From positions 1 to 48,112 of the forward strand of contig JAGVYU010000012.1 of NCBI GenBank assembly GCA_018303105.1: 48,112 nucleotides of DNA, written 5' to 3'. The position numbers were made by a program, and so were the translations under genes. Below the pieces are notes generated by a model, which saw nothing but the letters and a program-made list of their open reading frames with translations, was not told the DNA's origin and did no database searches. The stretch is from Candidatus Woesearchaeota archaeon (lineage in GTDB: Archaea; Nanobdellota; Nanobdellia; Woesearchaeales; JAGVYU01). This document shows, one piece after another, positions 1 through 8,442 of this stretch; the stretch's first letter is position 1; each line of letters begins with the position of its first letter.

Positions 1-163
1 TTTCTTTGTTCACGTGATGGGCAAACGCCTCATTTGCCAACTTTGCCTGCGCAAGCTCAGACAGGCTGTGGATTTCTCCGCCGCCGTTGAGCCAGAATGG
101 CTCCGTTGCGTTGAGCATTTGGGTTGCTTGTTCCGCAGTAATTTTGGGTTTCATGCTTCCACC

Positions 164-757
164 TCAGAGGAGCAGGATGTATGCAAGCGCGGCTCCTACG
201 GTGAGGAGAATCCCAACAAGCATACCCTGGATAAATGTTTTTACAAATGAGGGGTTGCGCTTTGCCTGCTCAAGGAGCTGCTCGATGCGCTCTTCCCCTT
301 CCTGAATCTTTTGTTCGCGTACCGCGATTTCCTTTTCGCGGTCTAGGATTTTATTGACCTGATCGAGCATGCGTTCCTGGCTTGCCATCCAGTTGCCTAT
401 GCGCTCTTCCTGAGGCGCTGCTTTGGGCAGCTCAGCTTGCGGGGATTTTTTCTGGACCACGGTTTTGAGCTCTTCTACGCGCTCCTTAACATGGGATCGC
501 ATCTGCTCTAATGAGGTCGCATATCTCAGTTTTTTGGCAAGGTGATGGTCCTTAAAAACGTCTGCAACCCATCGCGCGAAGTCATTGCGCTGCGGAGTTA
601 CGTGATGGGTGAATGTGACTTCGTCCATGCGGTCAAGCGCCTTGAGCAGCTCTTCCAGGCTTAACAGCAGTTTTCCATCTTTTAACCAGAAGCCGTGACT
701 CTCTGCTACAGGACTCAAATACTGCATCGCGTCCTCAACGCTTAATCCCCACATCAT
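164..757 (-). CDS. Hypothetical protein with DUF5752-like N-terminal domain, coiled coil and C-terminal TM anchor
   Basis: FWLKDG..LLSLEEL..AL..M....F.HHV...RNDFA.WV..VF pattern; E/K-rich coiled coil; hydrophobic C-terminus. Confidence 0.6.
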   Translation of the reverse strand: MMWGLSVEDAMQYLSPVAESHGFWLKDGKLLLSLEELLKALDRMDEVTFTHHVTPQRNDFARWVADVFKDHHLAKKLRYATSLEQMRSHVKERVEELKTVVQKKSPQAELPKAAPQEERIGNWMASQERMLDQVNKILDREKEIAVREQKIQEGEERIEQLLEQAKRNPSFVKTFIQGMLVGILLTVGAALAYILLL

Positions 758-875
758 CCTCTTTTTCCCTTCTAGTATACTCTAGTAGATAGATTTCAAT
801 ATACAAGAAGCAATATATAAAGGTATCGCTTTATCCAACCAGAGCTTTTTTAAAGTCGTCAGCGCCTGGAAACGT

Positions 876-1823
876 ATGTATCAGATCAAGCAAATCCCTG
901 AGGATTTTAGAGTGAAGGAGATCCCCTTGCGCTCACCTCAAACCGATGGAAAATACCTTGTGATGTATGTTAAAAAAAAGGGCATGAATTCTGAGGAAGT
1001 TGCGCGCAGGATTTCCTCAATCCTTCATGTTCCGCGAAAAAAAGTGGGATACGCGGGCAATAAGGACAGGCATGCCGTAACGGAGCAGTATATGAGCGTT
1101 CAGGGGGTAAAAGGGAAGGGAATATTGCTCAGCACGGGTGCTTTGGAAATAAGTGTATCGGGATATCTTGATGAGCCCATAACGCTGGGATGCCTGAAAG
1201 GAAACGCTTTTGAGATCACAATAAGGAATGTTGACCACCTCCCCGGCATACCCAAAAAAATATTGAATCTTTTTGGCCCGCAAAGATTCTCTGACAACAA
1301 CGCTCAGGTAGGCAAGTTAATAGTTCAAAGAAAGTTTCTTGAAGCCACCCAGGAATTGGCCATGCGTGAGGCCAAAGTACATGATCATTTACAGCAATAT
1401 CCTCAGGATGGCGTGGGAGCGCTCCTGCAGATCCCCAAGAAAGACATTCAGCTGAGAGTGCACAGTTATCAAAGCCTGCTCTGGAACAACATGGTGCGGA
1501 AAATAGCGTTAGAGCATCCCGACATCGAGGAGCTCCCGCTGATTGGATTTGGAATGGATGCAACGGGGGTTGTAAAGGATATTATTGAGGAAACGATGCG
1601 TGAAGAAGGCATTACGGAGCGTGATTTCGTTATCCGGGAAATTCCGAATCTCAGTGCCGAGGGGGCAGTGAGGAATGTGTGGATGCATCCAAGAAATCTA
1701 TTCTGTTCTGGATTAGAGGATGATGACCTTAATCCGGGCACGAAAAAGTTTTTTATCCGCTTCGAGCTTGATAAGGGGTGCTACGCCACGGTTTTTATTG
1801 AGGCAATGTTTCCAGAAAGCTGA
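876..1823 (+). CDS. truD: tRNA pseudouridine(13) synthase TruD
   Basis: IKQIPEDFRVKE, GYAGNKDRHAVTEQ (catalytic Asp), GNAFEITIR, FGPQRF, HSYQSLLWN, FELDKGCYAT. Confidence 0.93.
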   Translation: MYQIKQIPEDFRVKEIPLRSPQTDGKYLVMYVKKKGMNSEEVARRISSILHVPRKKVGYAGNKDRHAVTEQYMSVQGVKGKGILLSTGALEISVSGYLDEPITLGCLKGNAFEITIRNVDHLPGIPKKILNLFGPQRFSDNNAQVGKLIVQRKFLEATQELAMREAKVHDHLQQYPQDGVGALLQIPKKDIQLRVHSYQSLLWNNMVRKIALEHPDIEELPLIGFGMDATGVVKDIIEETMREEGITERDFVIREIPNLSAEGAVRNVWMHPRNLFCSGLEDDDLNPGTKKFFIRFELDKGCYATVFIEAMFPES

Positions 1824-2427
1824 TGACTTCATTCGCGACGTGCTCGATAGACTTGCTCCCGTCAAATCGTTTGACCTGGGTTCCATAATACTTGATTAAA
1901 GGGGTTGTCTTCTCATGGAATTGCTCAAGGCGATGCCGGATCGCTTCTTCATTGTCATCAGCTCTTTTCTCAAGCTTTCCCCCGCATGCGTCACAAATTC
2001 CTGATTTTTTTGGGTTCAGGCTTGTTGTGTTGTAAATACGACCGCATTTCATGCATGTGAGTCTGTTGGAGATGCGCTCAACGACGAGACTGTCAGGGAC
2101 ATGAAGATACATAACGACATTCAGCTTCACGCGAGCAGCAAGCAGCTTGGCCTGCTCCACATTTCGGGGGAAGCCATCGAGGATAAACCCCTTCGTACAA
2201 TCAGGTTCTGCGATTCTATTCAAAACCAGTTGAAATGCCAGTGCATCGTCAATAAGGTCTCCTTTCGTGATGATGCCCTCAATTTGCTTTCCCAACGGTG
2301 TTTTTTTAGCGATCTGATTCCTGATGAGCTGTCCCGTTGATATCGCTGGAATACCATATAATTGTGATATCCGCTCGGCCTGCGTTCCTTTTCCTGAGCC
2401 TTGAGGGCCTAAGATTAAGAGTCTCAT
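1795..2427 (-). CDS. adk: Adenylate kinase (Zn-lid type)
   Basis: GPQGSGKGTQA P-loop, GFILDGFPRN, CxxC...CxxC lid, RADD. Confidence 0.95.
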   Translation of the reverse strand: MRLLILGPQGSGKGTQAERISQLYGIPAISTGQLIRNQIAKKTPLGKQIEGIITKGDLIDDALAFQLVLNRIAEPDCTKGFILDGFPRNVEQAKLLAARVKLNVVMYLHVPDSLVVERISNRLTCMKCGRIYNTTSLNPKKSGICDACGGKLEKRADDNEEAIRHRLEQFHEKTTPLIKYYGTQVKRFDGSKSIEHVANEVISFLETLPQ

Positions 2428-2882
2428 CCGAGGTACCTGAGATCTTCCTTGAACTCCTGATCGTCATTCCATGATGCTGAGAGCTTTTTAAGAATGTTCA
2501 GAAGCTGAGGCCTAAGCTCGTCCCACTCTTTCATAACCTCAGTGATGAACAACGCTTCGCTCTCGTCCGTTGAGTCCAAATACGGTTGCCAACCCTTGCG
2601 TTCCAGGACCATGACTCTGCCATACACTGTGTAGATTGCCTCTTTTTCATGATCGGTAAACGCGCGCGCTTCATGGATGCCCGTGAGCGTGCTTTCAGGA
2701 TGGAGCGTATCTTCAAGCAGTTTAGCGATATCCTGAAGTTTCTCTGTGATTTTCCTTCGGACTTCACGAAGAGGATACTGATCATGCTCGATTGTATCCA
2801 AATCAAAAAACTGATTTAGCGCATCATAACTGGGAAGCTCGTATCGCTTCTGCGGCGCCTCGTACTTTTCCTTGATTCCCAT
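2424..2882 (-). CDS. Conserved hypothetical protein (start moved to MGIKEKYE at 2882)
   Basis: Only the last 152 aa of the 394-aa ORF look protein-like; the rest is antisense to 2965-3843. TATA-like element near 2905-2912; 4-nt overlap with the adk start. Confidence 0.7.
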   Translation of the reverse strand: MGIKEKYEAPQKRYELPSYDALNQFFDLDTIEHDQYPLREVRRKITEKLQDIAKLLEDTLHPESTLTGIHEARAFTDHEKEAIYTVYGRVMVLERKGWQPYLDSTDESEALFITEVMKEWDELRPQLLNILKKLSASWNDDQEFKEDLRYLG

Positions 2883-2964
2883 ACTCCTATGGAAAAATCG
2901 AGGATATATAAAGATAGACGTTGGTCCCGGTAAACTTAAATAAGAGGGAGATGGTGCAGGCACG

Positions 2965-3843
2965 ATGGACGTGAGAAGAATTCTTGCATTATACGGGCTT
3001 TCCGCGAAAAATATTTCTCGGCCACCACACGCTGCATTGACCCACGTATACCTGATTGACGGAAAATACGTGCTCCGGGGTAGACCCTGTTCGAAAGAGG
3101 CGCTGCATAAATTTAGGGAGGAACAGAGATTGATGAGGCGTGTACGCATACACGTCCCATATGAAATGCCTTCTTTGTTAAAAACAAAAGCCAAACAGGA
3201 GTTTGTCATACGCAATAAAACACTATGGACGGTGTATCCCCTGCTGCCCGGGCAGATCCTTTGTCCATGGCAAACTGCTTTCGATCTTCCAGAAAACAAG
3301 CAGCGTAAGATCGTGCACGTTGCTAAAGAGATTGTCAGAAGAACACGCTTTTTACGAACGCCGGATTGCGCGTTTATTAACGAAGTGGAAAATAAGCTAG
3401 AGCGTATGCGAACGGAGCTGTCTCCCCACACGGTTAATCGTGTTAAAACTGCGCTGCAAACCTCAAGAGCATACACCAACTCCCTCAAGAACGGATGTTT
3501 TGTGCACGGTGACCTGCATACGGGAAACGCGCTCGTGGATGGCAGAGGGAGAATCACGGCCCTCCTCGACACGGATTGGTGCAGGATTGGTACGCGATAT
3601 GAGGACATCTCCTATTATACGATGATGATGTTAAGAGACTTCAACACAAATCCAAGAAAGTGTCTGACGAAGAATCTCATTCGCAAAAAACAACGATGGT
3701 TTGGCAGCGAGAACAAGATCTTTGACGCATTCATTATACTCTACTGCGTGTTTGATATGGATCTTTTTATGCATTCCCGGCTTCCCAGAAAGTACTACAT
3801 GTTCCAGAAGCAATTCATGGAAAGAATCTGTGAGTTGATATAA
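2965..3843 (+). CDS. Aminoglycoside phosphotransferase/homoserine kinase II-like phosphotransferase
   Basis: Brenner motif HGDLHTGN followed by LLDTD, YVLR N-lobe strand. Confidence 0.75.
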   Translation: MDVRRILALYGLSAKNISRPPHAALTHVYLIDGKYVLRGRPCSKEALHKFREEQRLMRRVRIHVPYEMPSLLKTKAKQEFVIRNKTLWTVYPLLPGQILCPWQTAFDLPENKQRKIVHVAKEIVRRTRFLRTPDCAFINEVENKLERMRTELSPHTVNRVKTALQTSRAYTNSLKNGCFVHGDLHTGNALVDGRGRITALLDTDWCRIGTRYEDISYYTMMMLRDFNTNPRKCLTKNLIRKKQRWFGSENKIFDAFIILYCVFDMDLFMHSRLPRKYYMFQKQFMERICELI

Positions 3844-3849
3844 GCCACG

Positions 3850-4298
3850 GGAGACTTCCTCACTTTAAAGATAGTGTTGGGAATTATCGAGATACGCCTC
3901 AAATTTCAGATATTCATTTGCATGAGCCCTCTGTTTAATTTGGGCTGCTCAGAAAGTTTAGCCAGGAGCAACAGGCATTTGGATTGCTTTTGCTAATTCT
4001 TCCAAAGTTTCGAATGTGTCAGTAAGAATCGGATGATCTAGTCTGGCCACTTCAGGTCGCACAAGTTCTATTTTAGCGACGAGATCATCATGCAGCTTTT
4101 GCGCGGGGGTCTCTAAGGGATATCCAAAACTGGCTGCTGATTGAAGATTCATAGAAGCAGCAACCATGATGCCATAAATCTCTGCAATTTGTCCTTCTCG
4201 GTCCTGATAGTGGTACTCCATGATTCATGAAATCCCAGGAGTACATATAAATATTATTGGTATTAAGAATATAAAGCCCCCTGGAGACTTCCTCACTT
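3850..4298. repeat. 16-bp direct repeat GGAGACTTCCTCACTT (3850-3865 and 4283-4298) flanking an 87-aa ORF
   Basis: Exact match read from the sequence; both copies are preceded by AAGCC(A/C)C, resembling the tRNA-Thr 3' end. Confidence 0.75.
3958..4221 (-). CDS. Hypothetical protein (87 aa)
   Basis: ATG start, TATA-like TTTATATG about 25 nt upstream, no competing ORF. Confidence 0.55.
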   Translation of the reverse strand: MEYHYQDREGQIAEIYGIMVAASMNLQSAASFGYPLETPAQKLHDDLVAKIELVRPEVARLDHPILTDTFETLEELAKAIQMPVAPG

Positions 4299-4424
4299 GC
4301 GTTCAGAGCCTCCAGGTTTTTTCGCTTCGCTCAAGCCCCCGAAGACAACAATGATTTCCGAGCGACCTGGAGCAAATTCCTACCATTCAAAATTTGAGTT
4401 CATTTCGTTTGAATATGAGACTAT

Positions 4425-5132
4425 TCATCCAGACGATATTCTTATTTCGCCCTCTGAATTTTTTGTGACAAAAACTTCAATTCCTGATAAAGGATATTGT
4501 GGGTAATTTTCAAGTACCGTTCCGGCTGCTGCTAGCATATCGGCATCCTCGCTGATTACAACCATATGTACTTTTCCTTCGTAGTAGTAGAGTCTTATTA
4601 GGGCGGCATTTGAAGGAACTCGTTTAGCAGCTTCATCGTAGCAGGATTTATGCTCGATATTCATGAGCTTTGCCGTCACGTTGTTGTAGCAAGGATGATC
4701 TATTGCAATAATGTTAAACTGGCTAAAGTTTCCCTGTAAAATATATTTATCTGCTGTGCCCATTCGCAGTTTGATCCGCTGATTTGGACCTGGATCGCCT
4801 TTTTCAATTCCCTTAAGGATAGAAGTGCCAACCAGTATAGCTAAGGGACCTCGAGTCCCCGCATCTTTTGATCCCTCAAATTTGTAATTTGTGCCCCAAA
4901 CGATCATGCCTGTGAAAGTCCCATTCTCTATAAACATGTTTGGAAACTCTCTTAAATCTAATGAAGGGACAGCAGGGGTCTCCACTTTGCGAGTATCTAT
5001 AGCAGAATTTCCATTCAAGTAAGATTGATTGACAGCTGCATTGGCCCGTTCCACTGGATCTTGTGTTCTTGAGATTTCCGAGTTACATCCAACAAGAAAA
5101 GCAAGAACTAAAAGATATAAAACAATTTTCAT
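4425..5132 (-). CDS. Lipoprotein with S-layer-like domain
   Basis: Signal MKIVLYLLVLAFLVGC; LREFPNMFIENG..TGMIVWG, NIIAIDHPCYN (compare NxIxVGGPCAN) and AAGTVLENY..YPLSG resemble DPANN/euryarchaeal S-layer domains. Confidence 0.55.
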   Translation of the reverse strand: MKIVLYLLVLAFLVGCNSEISRTQDPVERANAAVNQSYLNGNSAIDTRKVETPAVPSLDLREFPNMFIENGTFTGMIVWGTNYKFEGSKDAGTRGPLAILVGTSILKGIEKGDPGPNQRIKLRMGTADKYILQGNFSQFNIIAIDHPCYNNVTAKLMNIEHKSCYDEAAKRVPSNAALIRLYYYEGKVHMVVISEDADMLAAAGTVLENYPQYPLSGIEVFVTKNSEGEIRISSG

Positions 5133-5166
5133 GGAATACTCCCAAGTCATCAACTATTTAAATGTA

Positions 5167-5256
5167 AGCCCCCGGAGGGATTTGAACCCTCGACCTGCGG
5201 TTCTTTTAACGTTTCCGTATACAAAACCGCCGCAATAGCGACTATGCTACGGGGGC
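5167..5256 (-). tRNA. tRNA-Thr(UGU) with 17-nt intron (5203-5219) at canonical position 37/38
   Basis: Acceptor GCCCCCG/CGGGGGC, anticodon stem GCGGT/ACCGC, anticodon TGT (5221-5223), T-arm GAGGG-TTCAAAT-CCCTC; intron TACGGAAACGTTAAAAG forms a bulge-helix-bulge; no encoded CCA. Confidence 0.93.
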
Positions 5257-5317
5257 AATAGTGGAGTTAAGAATTGGAATTCCGTTTATAAGCTTTTGGT
5301 CGCGACAAAGTTTATAC

Positions 5318-5395
5318 GGCGGCGACGAGGCGGGGGTTGTCCCTTACGGGGTGCCGAGTAGGGCATTTTGCGCAGCAAAATGACCGTCGCCTGCC
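5318..5395. ncRNA. Candidate small structured RNA or repeat element
   Basis: GC-rich island in an AT-rich spacer; terminal stem GGC-GGCGACG/CGTCGCC-T-GCC; internal hairpin CATTTTGC-GCA-GCAAAATG; TTTATAAG at 5285-5292. Confidence 0.35.
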
Positions 5396-5443
5396 AATTC
5401 TATCATAGAATATGATTAAAGTTGAGCTACTGGAAAAAATCCT

Positions 5444-5944
5444 TTAATGCCTGTACAAATTCAAGAACGCTTTGATCTGGTACACGAGCATGTTGAAGTC
5501 GTTCATGACCTCTCCCTTGTACTGGTTCGTGTACGTCTTGTACAAATACCTATCCACAATCGTGCGGACGAAGTGAAACACGGGCTTCGCTTCCCAGCGA
5601 TGCTCATAATCCGTTTCGAAGATCGCGTCAAAAATGAGCTGCACTTTTCCCTGGTTGAGCTTGATCTTGACTCCGTCTTTTTCAACCTCGACTTCCTTGA
5701 TTCCCGTCATGAGGATTCTCACGCGTATGATGCTCTGCGCGTAATCCGTGATTTTCTTCCACGGCTCGACTTCGATCTCTATGTCTTTCCCGTTCGGAGT
5801 AACCCGCTCAATGTTTTTCTTCTCATGTTTATCATAGCCTTTTTCCTCAAAATACTCATCAATGAGAGAATACAGGTCTGCTACGCTAAACAAGCCTTCA
5901 TACGTCATTCTTCGCTTGTCCACGAGAATCTCGCGCTCGCTCAT
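5444..5944 (-). CDS. Conserved hypothetical protein (tandem paralog 3)
   Basis: YEGLFS..LY..I..YF...GY..E...WK....Y...DYE.RWE pattern shared with the two upstream genes. Confidence 0.75.
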   Translation of the reverse strand: MSEREILVDKRRMTYEGLFSVADLYSLIDEYFEEKGYDKHEKKNIERVTPNGKDIEIEVEPWKKITDYAQSIIRVRILMTGIKEVEVEKDGVKIKLNQGKVQLIFDAIFETDYEHRWEAKPVFHFVRTIVDRYLYKTYTNQYKGEVMNDFNMLVYQIKAFLNLYRH

Positions 5945-6468
5945 GTGACCCTGATCCTCGATGCGTCTGTGATCGTTTCCATTCCGAGTTTCTCCTTTAT
6001 AAGCCTATGCAATTTATAGTTCGTAAAATAGAGCGTGTCATACCATTCGCCTGTGATTTTCTTGAACGCGATGTAGTTGTTGTAGAAGTCCCGGAGCGAC
6101 CGCAACCACCGAGTTTTTTCATAGCGGTTCTTGTAATCAAGCTCGAAAGACCCTCCAATATCGACCTGGAGCTTGAAATGCTGCTTTTGCACTTTCTCCC
6201 CATTCTCAACGGATTCAACATCCCTGATCTGCCACGTATGAAACACAAGTTTGATGTGGTATTTGCAATACTCCGTCCAGTTTTTACTACCAATCCACGT
6301 GAGCTCATGCTCATGACCTCCTATTTCATCGTTCCACTTGTTAACCGTCTCCTGAAACTCATACCCTTGGTCAACGATCCAAGTCCTGATCATTGTGAGG
6401 AGGCCATTATAGTCTCCTATGCCGGTATACCGTATGCGAAGGGTGCGCACGGGAATGTTGATGGACAT
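5941..6468 (-). CDS. Conserved hypothetical protein (tandem paralog 2)
   Basis: Same pattern (YTG..DY..L...IR.W....GY...E; DYKNRYE); 4-nt overlap with the next gene. Confidence 0.75.
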   Translation of the reverse strand: MSINIPVRTLRIRYTGIGDYNGLLTMIRTWIVDQGYEFQETVNKWNDEIGGHEHELTWIGSKNWTEYCKYHIKLVFHTWQIRDVESVENGEKVQKQHFKLQVDIGGSFELDYKNRYEKTRWLRSLRDFYNNYIAFKKITGEWYDTLYFTNYKLHRLIKEKLGMETITDASRIRVT

Positions 6469-6504
6469 TGAATTCCTCAGAGAAATGATGTTTATAAAGA
6501 TTGC

Positions 6505-7134
6505 TTATTTCAACGGCCTCTTCATATCCCAGTAGAACGTCTGGTCTTCGCGCTGCGGCAGGTACGTCGCGATGTTAAAGTACGTCTTGAGCGCTTCTTG
6601 GAAGCGGTACATTTCATTATAGAGATCGCGCCTGTGCTGCGCTATTCTTTTGTTGTAGATGCGTCGTGTGAAAAGCGTATGCATGTGTTTAAGCAGCGAA
6701 TCCTTGCGCCATGAGCCCTGCGCGTCAAACGCCACCCTTCCTGAAAGCCGCACTTCACAGTCCCCTGTGTTGACTTTGTACTTGACATTATTGTGCATCG
6801 TCTCTGCTTCCTTCATATAAAGAATATGAAAATCAATATCGAGCATATACATGAAGTACTTCGTGTTCTCAAAGCCCGGTGGGTATTTAACGCAGCGCCA
6901 CCATATGAAGATTTCCTCGCCCGCAGTCTGATGAAAGATGTGATAGTACAGTTTCTCGGGAAACTTTTCATCATCATACGTTACCCATCCGTTCTCTACG
7001 AGCCACTCGCGCATCATCAAGTACAAATTTTTCATGGAGAACATGGCTTTATGCTTGAGCTGCATCCCGGGAACTGCTGCAACATACATTTCTTTAAGCT
7101 TGCTTAAGCGATGCGTACTGAGCGGCATATGCAC
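6505..7134 (-). CDS. Conserved hypothetical protein (tandem paralog 1)
   Basis: Same pattern (FSMKNLY..MREWL.ENGW...E..Y; D..G.W); exact start uncertain. Confidence 0.72.
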   Translation of the reverse strand: MHMPLSTHRLSKLKEMYVAAVPGMQLKHKAMFSMKNLYLMMREWLVENGWVTYDDEKFPEKLYYHIFHQTAGEEIFIWWRCVKYPPGFENTKYFMYMLDIDFHILYMKEAETMHNNVKYKVNTGDCEVRLSGRVAFDAQGSWRKDSLLKHMHTLFTRRIYNKRIAQHRRDLYNEMYRFQEALKTYFNIATYLPQREDQTFYWDMKRPLK

Positions 7135-7242
7135 ACCGGGGCAATTTCACTTTATAAGGTTTTTCTTTTTGACGGGGCATCATACAAGAAAGATGTAAAA
7201 GAAACCCTAAAGTATTTAAACGAAATTGCATTTTGAAGCTGG

Positions 7243-8442
7243 ATGCAAGTGGGCATTGTAGGCAAGGCGAACGTTGGAAAGTCAACATTTTTCAAAGCAG
7301 CAACACTGGCTGAAGTGGAGATCGCGAATTACCCTTTCGCAACGATTAAACCCAATACGGGCGTAGGGTATGTGAAAGTCCCGTGTGTGGATAAGGAGCT
7401 TAACACGCAGTGCAATCCAAGAGAAGGATTTTGCATTGAACATAATCGGTTTGTGCCCGTTCAGATGATAGACGTCGCAGGACTAGTCCCGGGTGCTCAT
7501 GAGGGCAAAGGCATGGGTAACCAGTTTCTCGATGACTTAAACCAGGCAGATGTACTTATTCACGTTGTTGACGCAGCGGGATCAACGAATGAAAAGGGGG
7601 AGTACCAGGCTCCAGGGTCAAATGATCCTATTAATGATATCAAATTCCTTGAGATTGAGCTCGACATGTGGTACCTAGGAATGATGAAGAAAGTCTGGGA
7701 ACGGTTCTCACGGCAGGTAACCCAAGAAAATCTTGAGAATTACAAGGCGATTGTCAAGCAGTTCTCAGGCCTCGGTGTGTCTGAGACGATTGCAAAAATA
7801 GCGATGAAGCAACTCAATCTGGAGAGTAAGAAGATCGGCCAGTGGAGTGAAGAGGAAACCTTCCATCTCGCGCAATTGTTAAGAAAGATGACGAAGCCCA
7901 TGATTATTGCTGCGAATAAGATTGATGTTTCTATCGCGCGGGAAAACCTGAAGCGCATGCAGCAGGCGTTTCCAGAGTATAAGATCATCGGATGTTCAGG
8001 AGATTCTGAGCTTGCGTTGAGGGAAGCCGCAAAGCACGGGCTCATCAAGTATATTCCGGGAGAAACGGAGTTCCATATTGTGGATGATGCAAAGCTGAGC
8101 GACAAGCAAAAGGCCGCCCTCGCATTTATCAAAAGCAATGTGCTCGACCCTATGGGAAGCACGGGTGTGCAGCATGTTCTGGACGCTGCCGTGTTCGAGC
8201 TGCTTAAATACATTGCCATCTTTCCCGGGGGAGTGCATAAGCTCGAAGACCAGTTTGGAAGAAGACTTCCCGATTGTTTTCTCATGCCTCCGGGAACGAC
8301 CGCGTTGAGTTTCGCGTTCAGAGTCCATACGGATCTTGGCACTCATTTCATTCGCGCAATAGACGTAAGAACAAAAATGGCCGTGGGAAAGGAACACCCC
8401 TTGAAACATCGGGATATTATTGAGATTGTGAGCGGCAAGTAA
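7243..8442 (+). CDS. ychF: Obg-family translation-associated NTPase YchF (archaeal type)
   Basis: GKANVGKST, NYPFATI, DVAGLVPGAHEGKGMGNQFL, ANKID, C-terminal TGS (AFRVHTDLG); Cys-containing insert typical of archaeal members. Confidence 0.93.
   Translation: MQVGIVGKANVGKSTFFKAATLAEVEIANYPFATIKPNTGVGYVKVPCVDKELNTQCNPREGFCIEHNRFVPVQMIDVAGLVPGAHEGKGMGNQFLDDLNQADVLIHVVDAAGSTNEKGEYQAPGSNDPINDIKFLEIELDMWYLGMMKKVWERFSRQVTQENLENYKAIVKQFSGLGVSETIAKIAMKQLNLESKKIGQWSEEETFHLAQLLRKMTKPMIIAANKIDVSIARENLKRMQQAFPEYKIIGCSGDSELALREAAKHGLIKYIPGETEFHIVDDAKLSDKQKAALAFIKSNVLDPMGSTGVQHVLDAAVFELLKYIAIFPGGVHKLEDQFGRRLPDCFLMPPGTTALSFAFRVHTDLGTHFIRAIDVRTKMAVGKEHPLKHRDIIEIVSGK

Noticed and set aside
2883-3608. N-terminal 242 aa of the 394-aa ORF 2424..3608
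   Set aside because: Antisense shadow of the APH-like gene; a plausible start with an upstream TATA-like element exists at 2882.
3850-4372. CRISPR array
   Set aside because: Only two exact 16-bp copies 433 bp apart, with no regular repeat-spacer periodicity and no cas genes.
5318-5395. 5S rRNA or tRNA call for the GC-rich element
   Set aside because: Only 78 nt, with no recognisable 5S loop C (CCGAAC-like) motif and no T-loop or cloverleaf.
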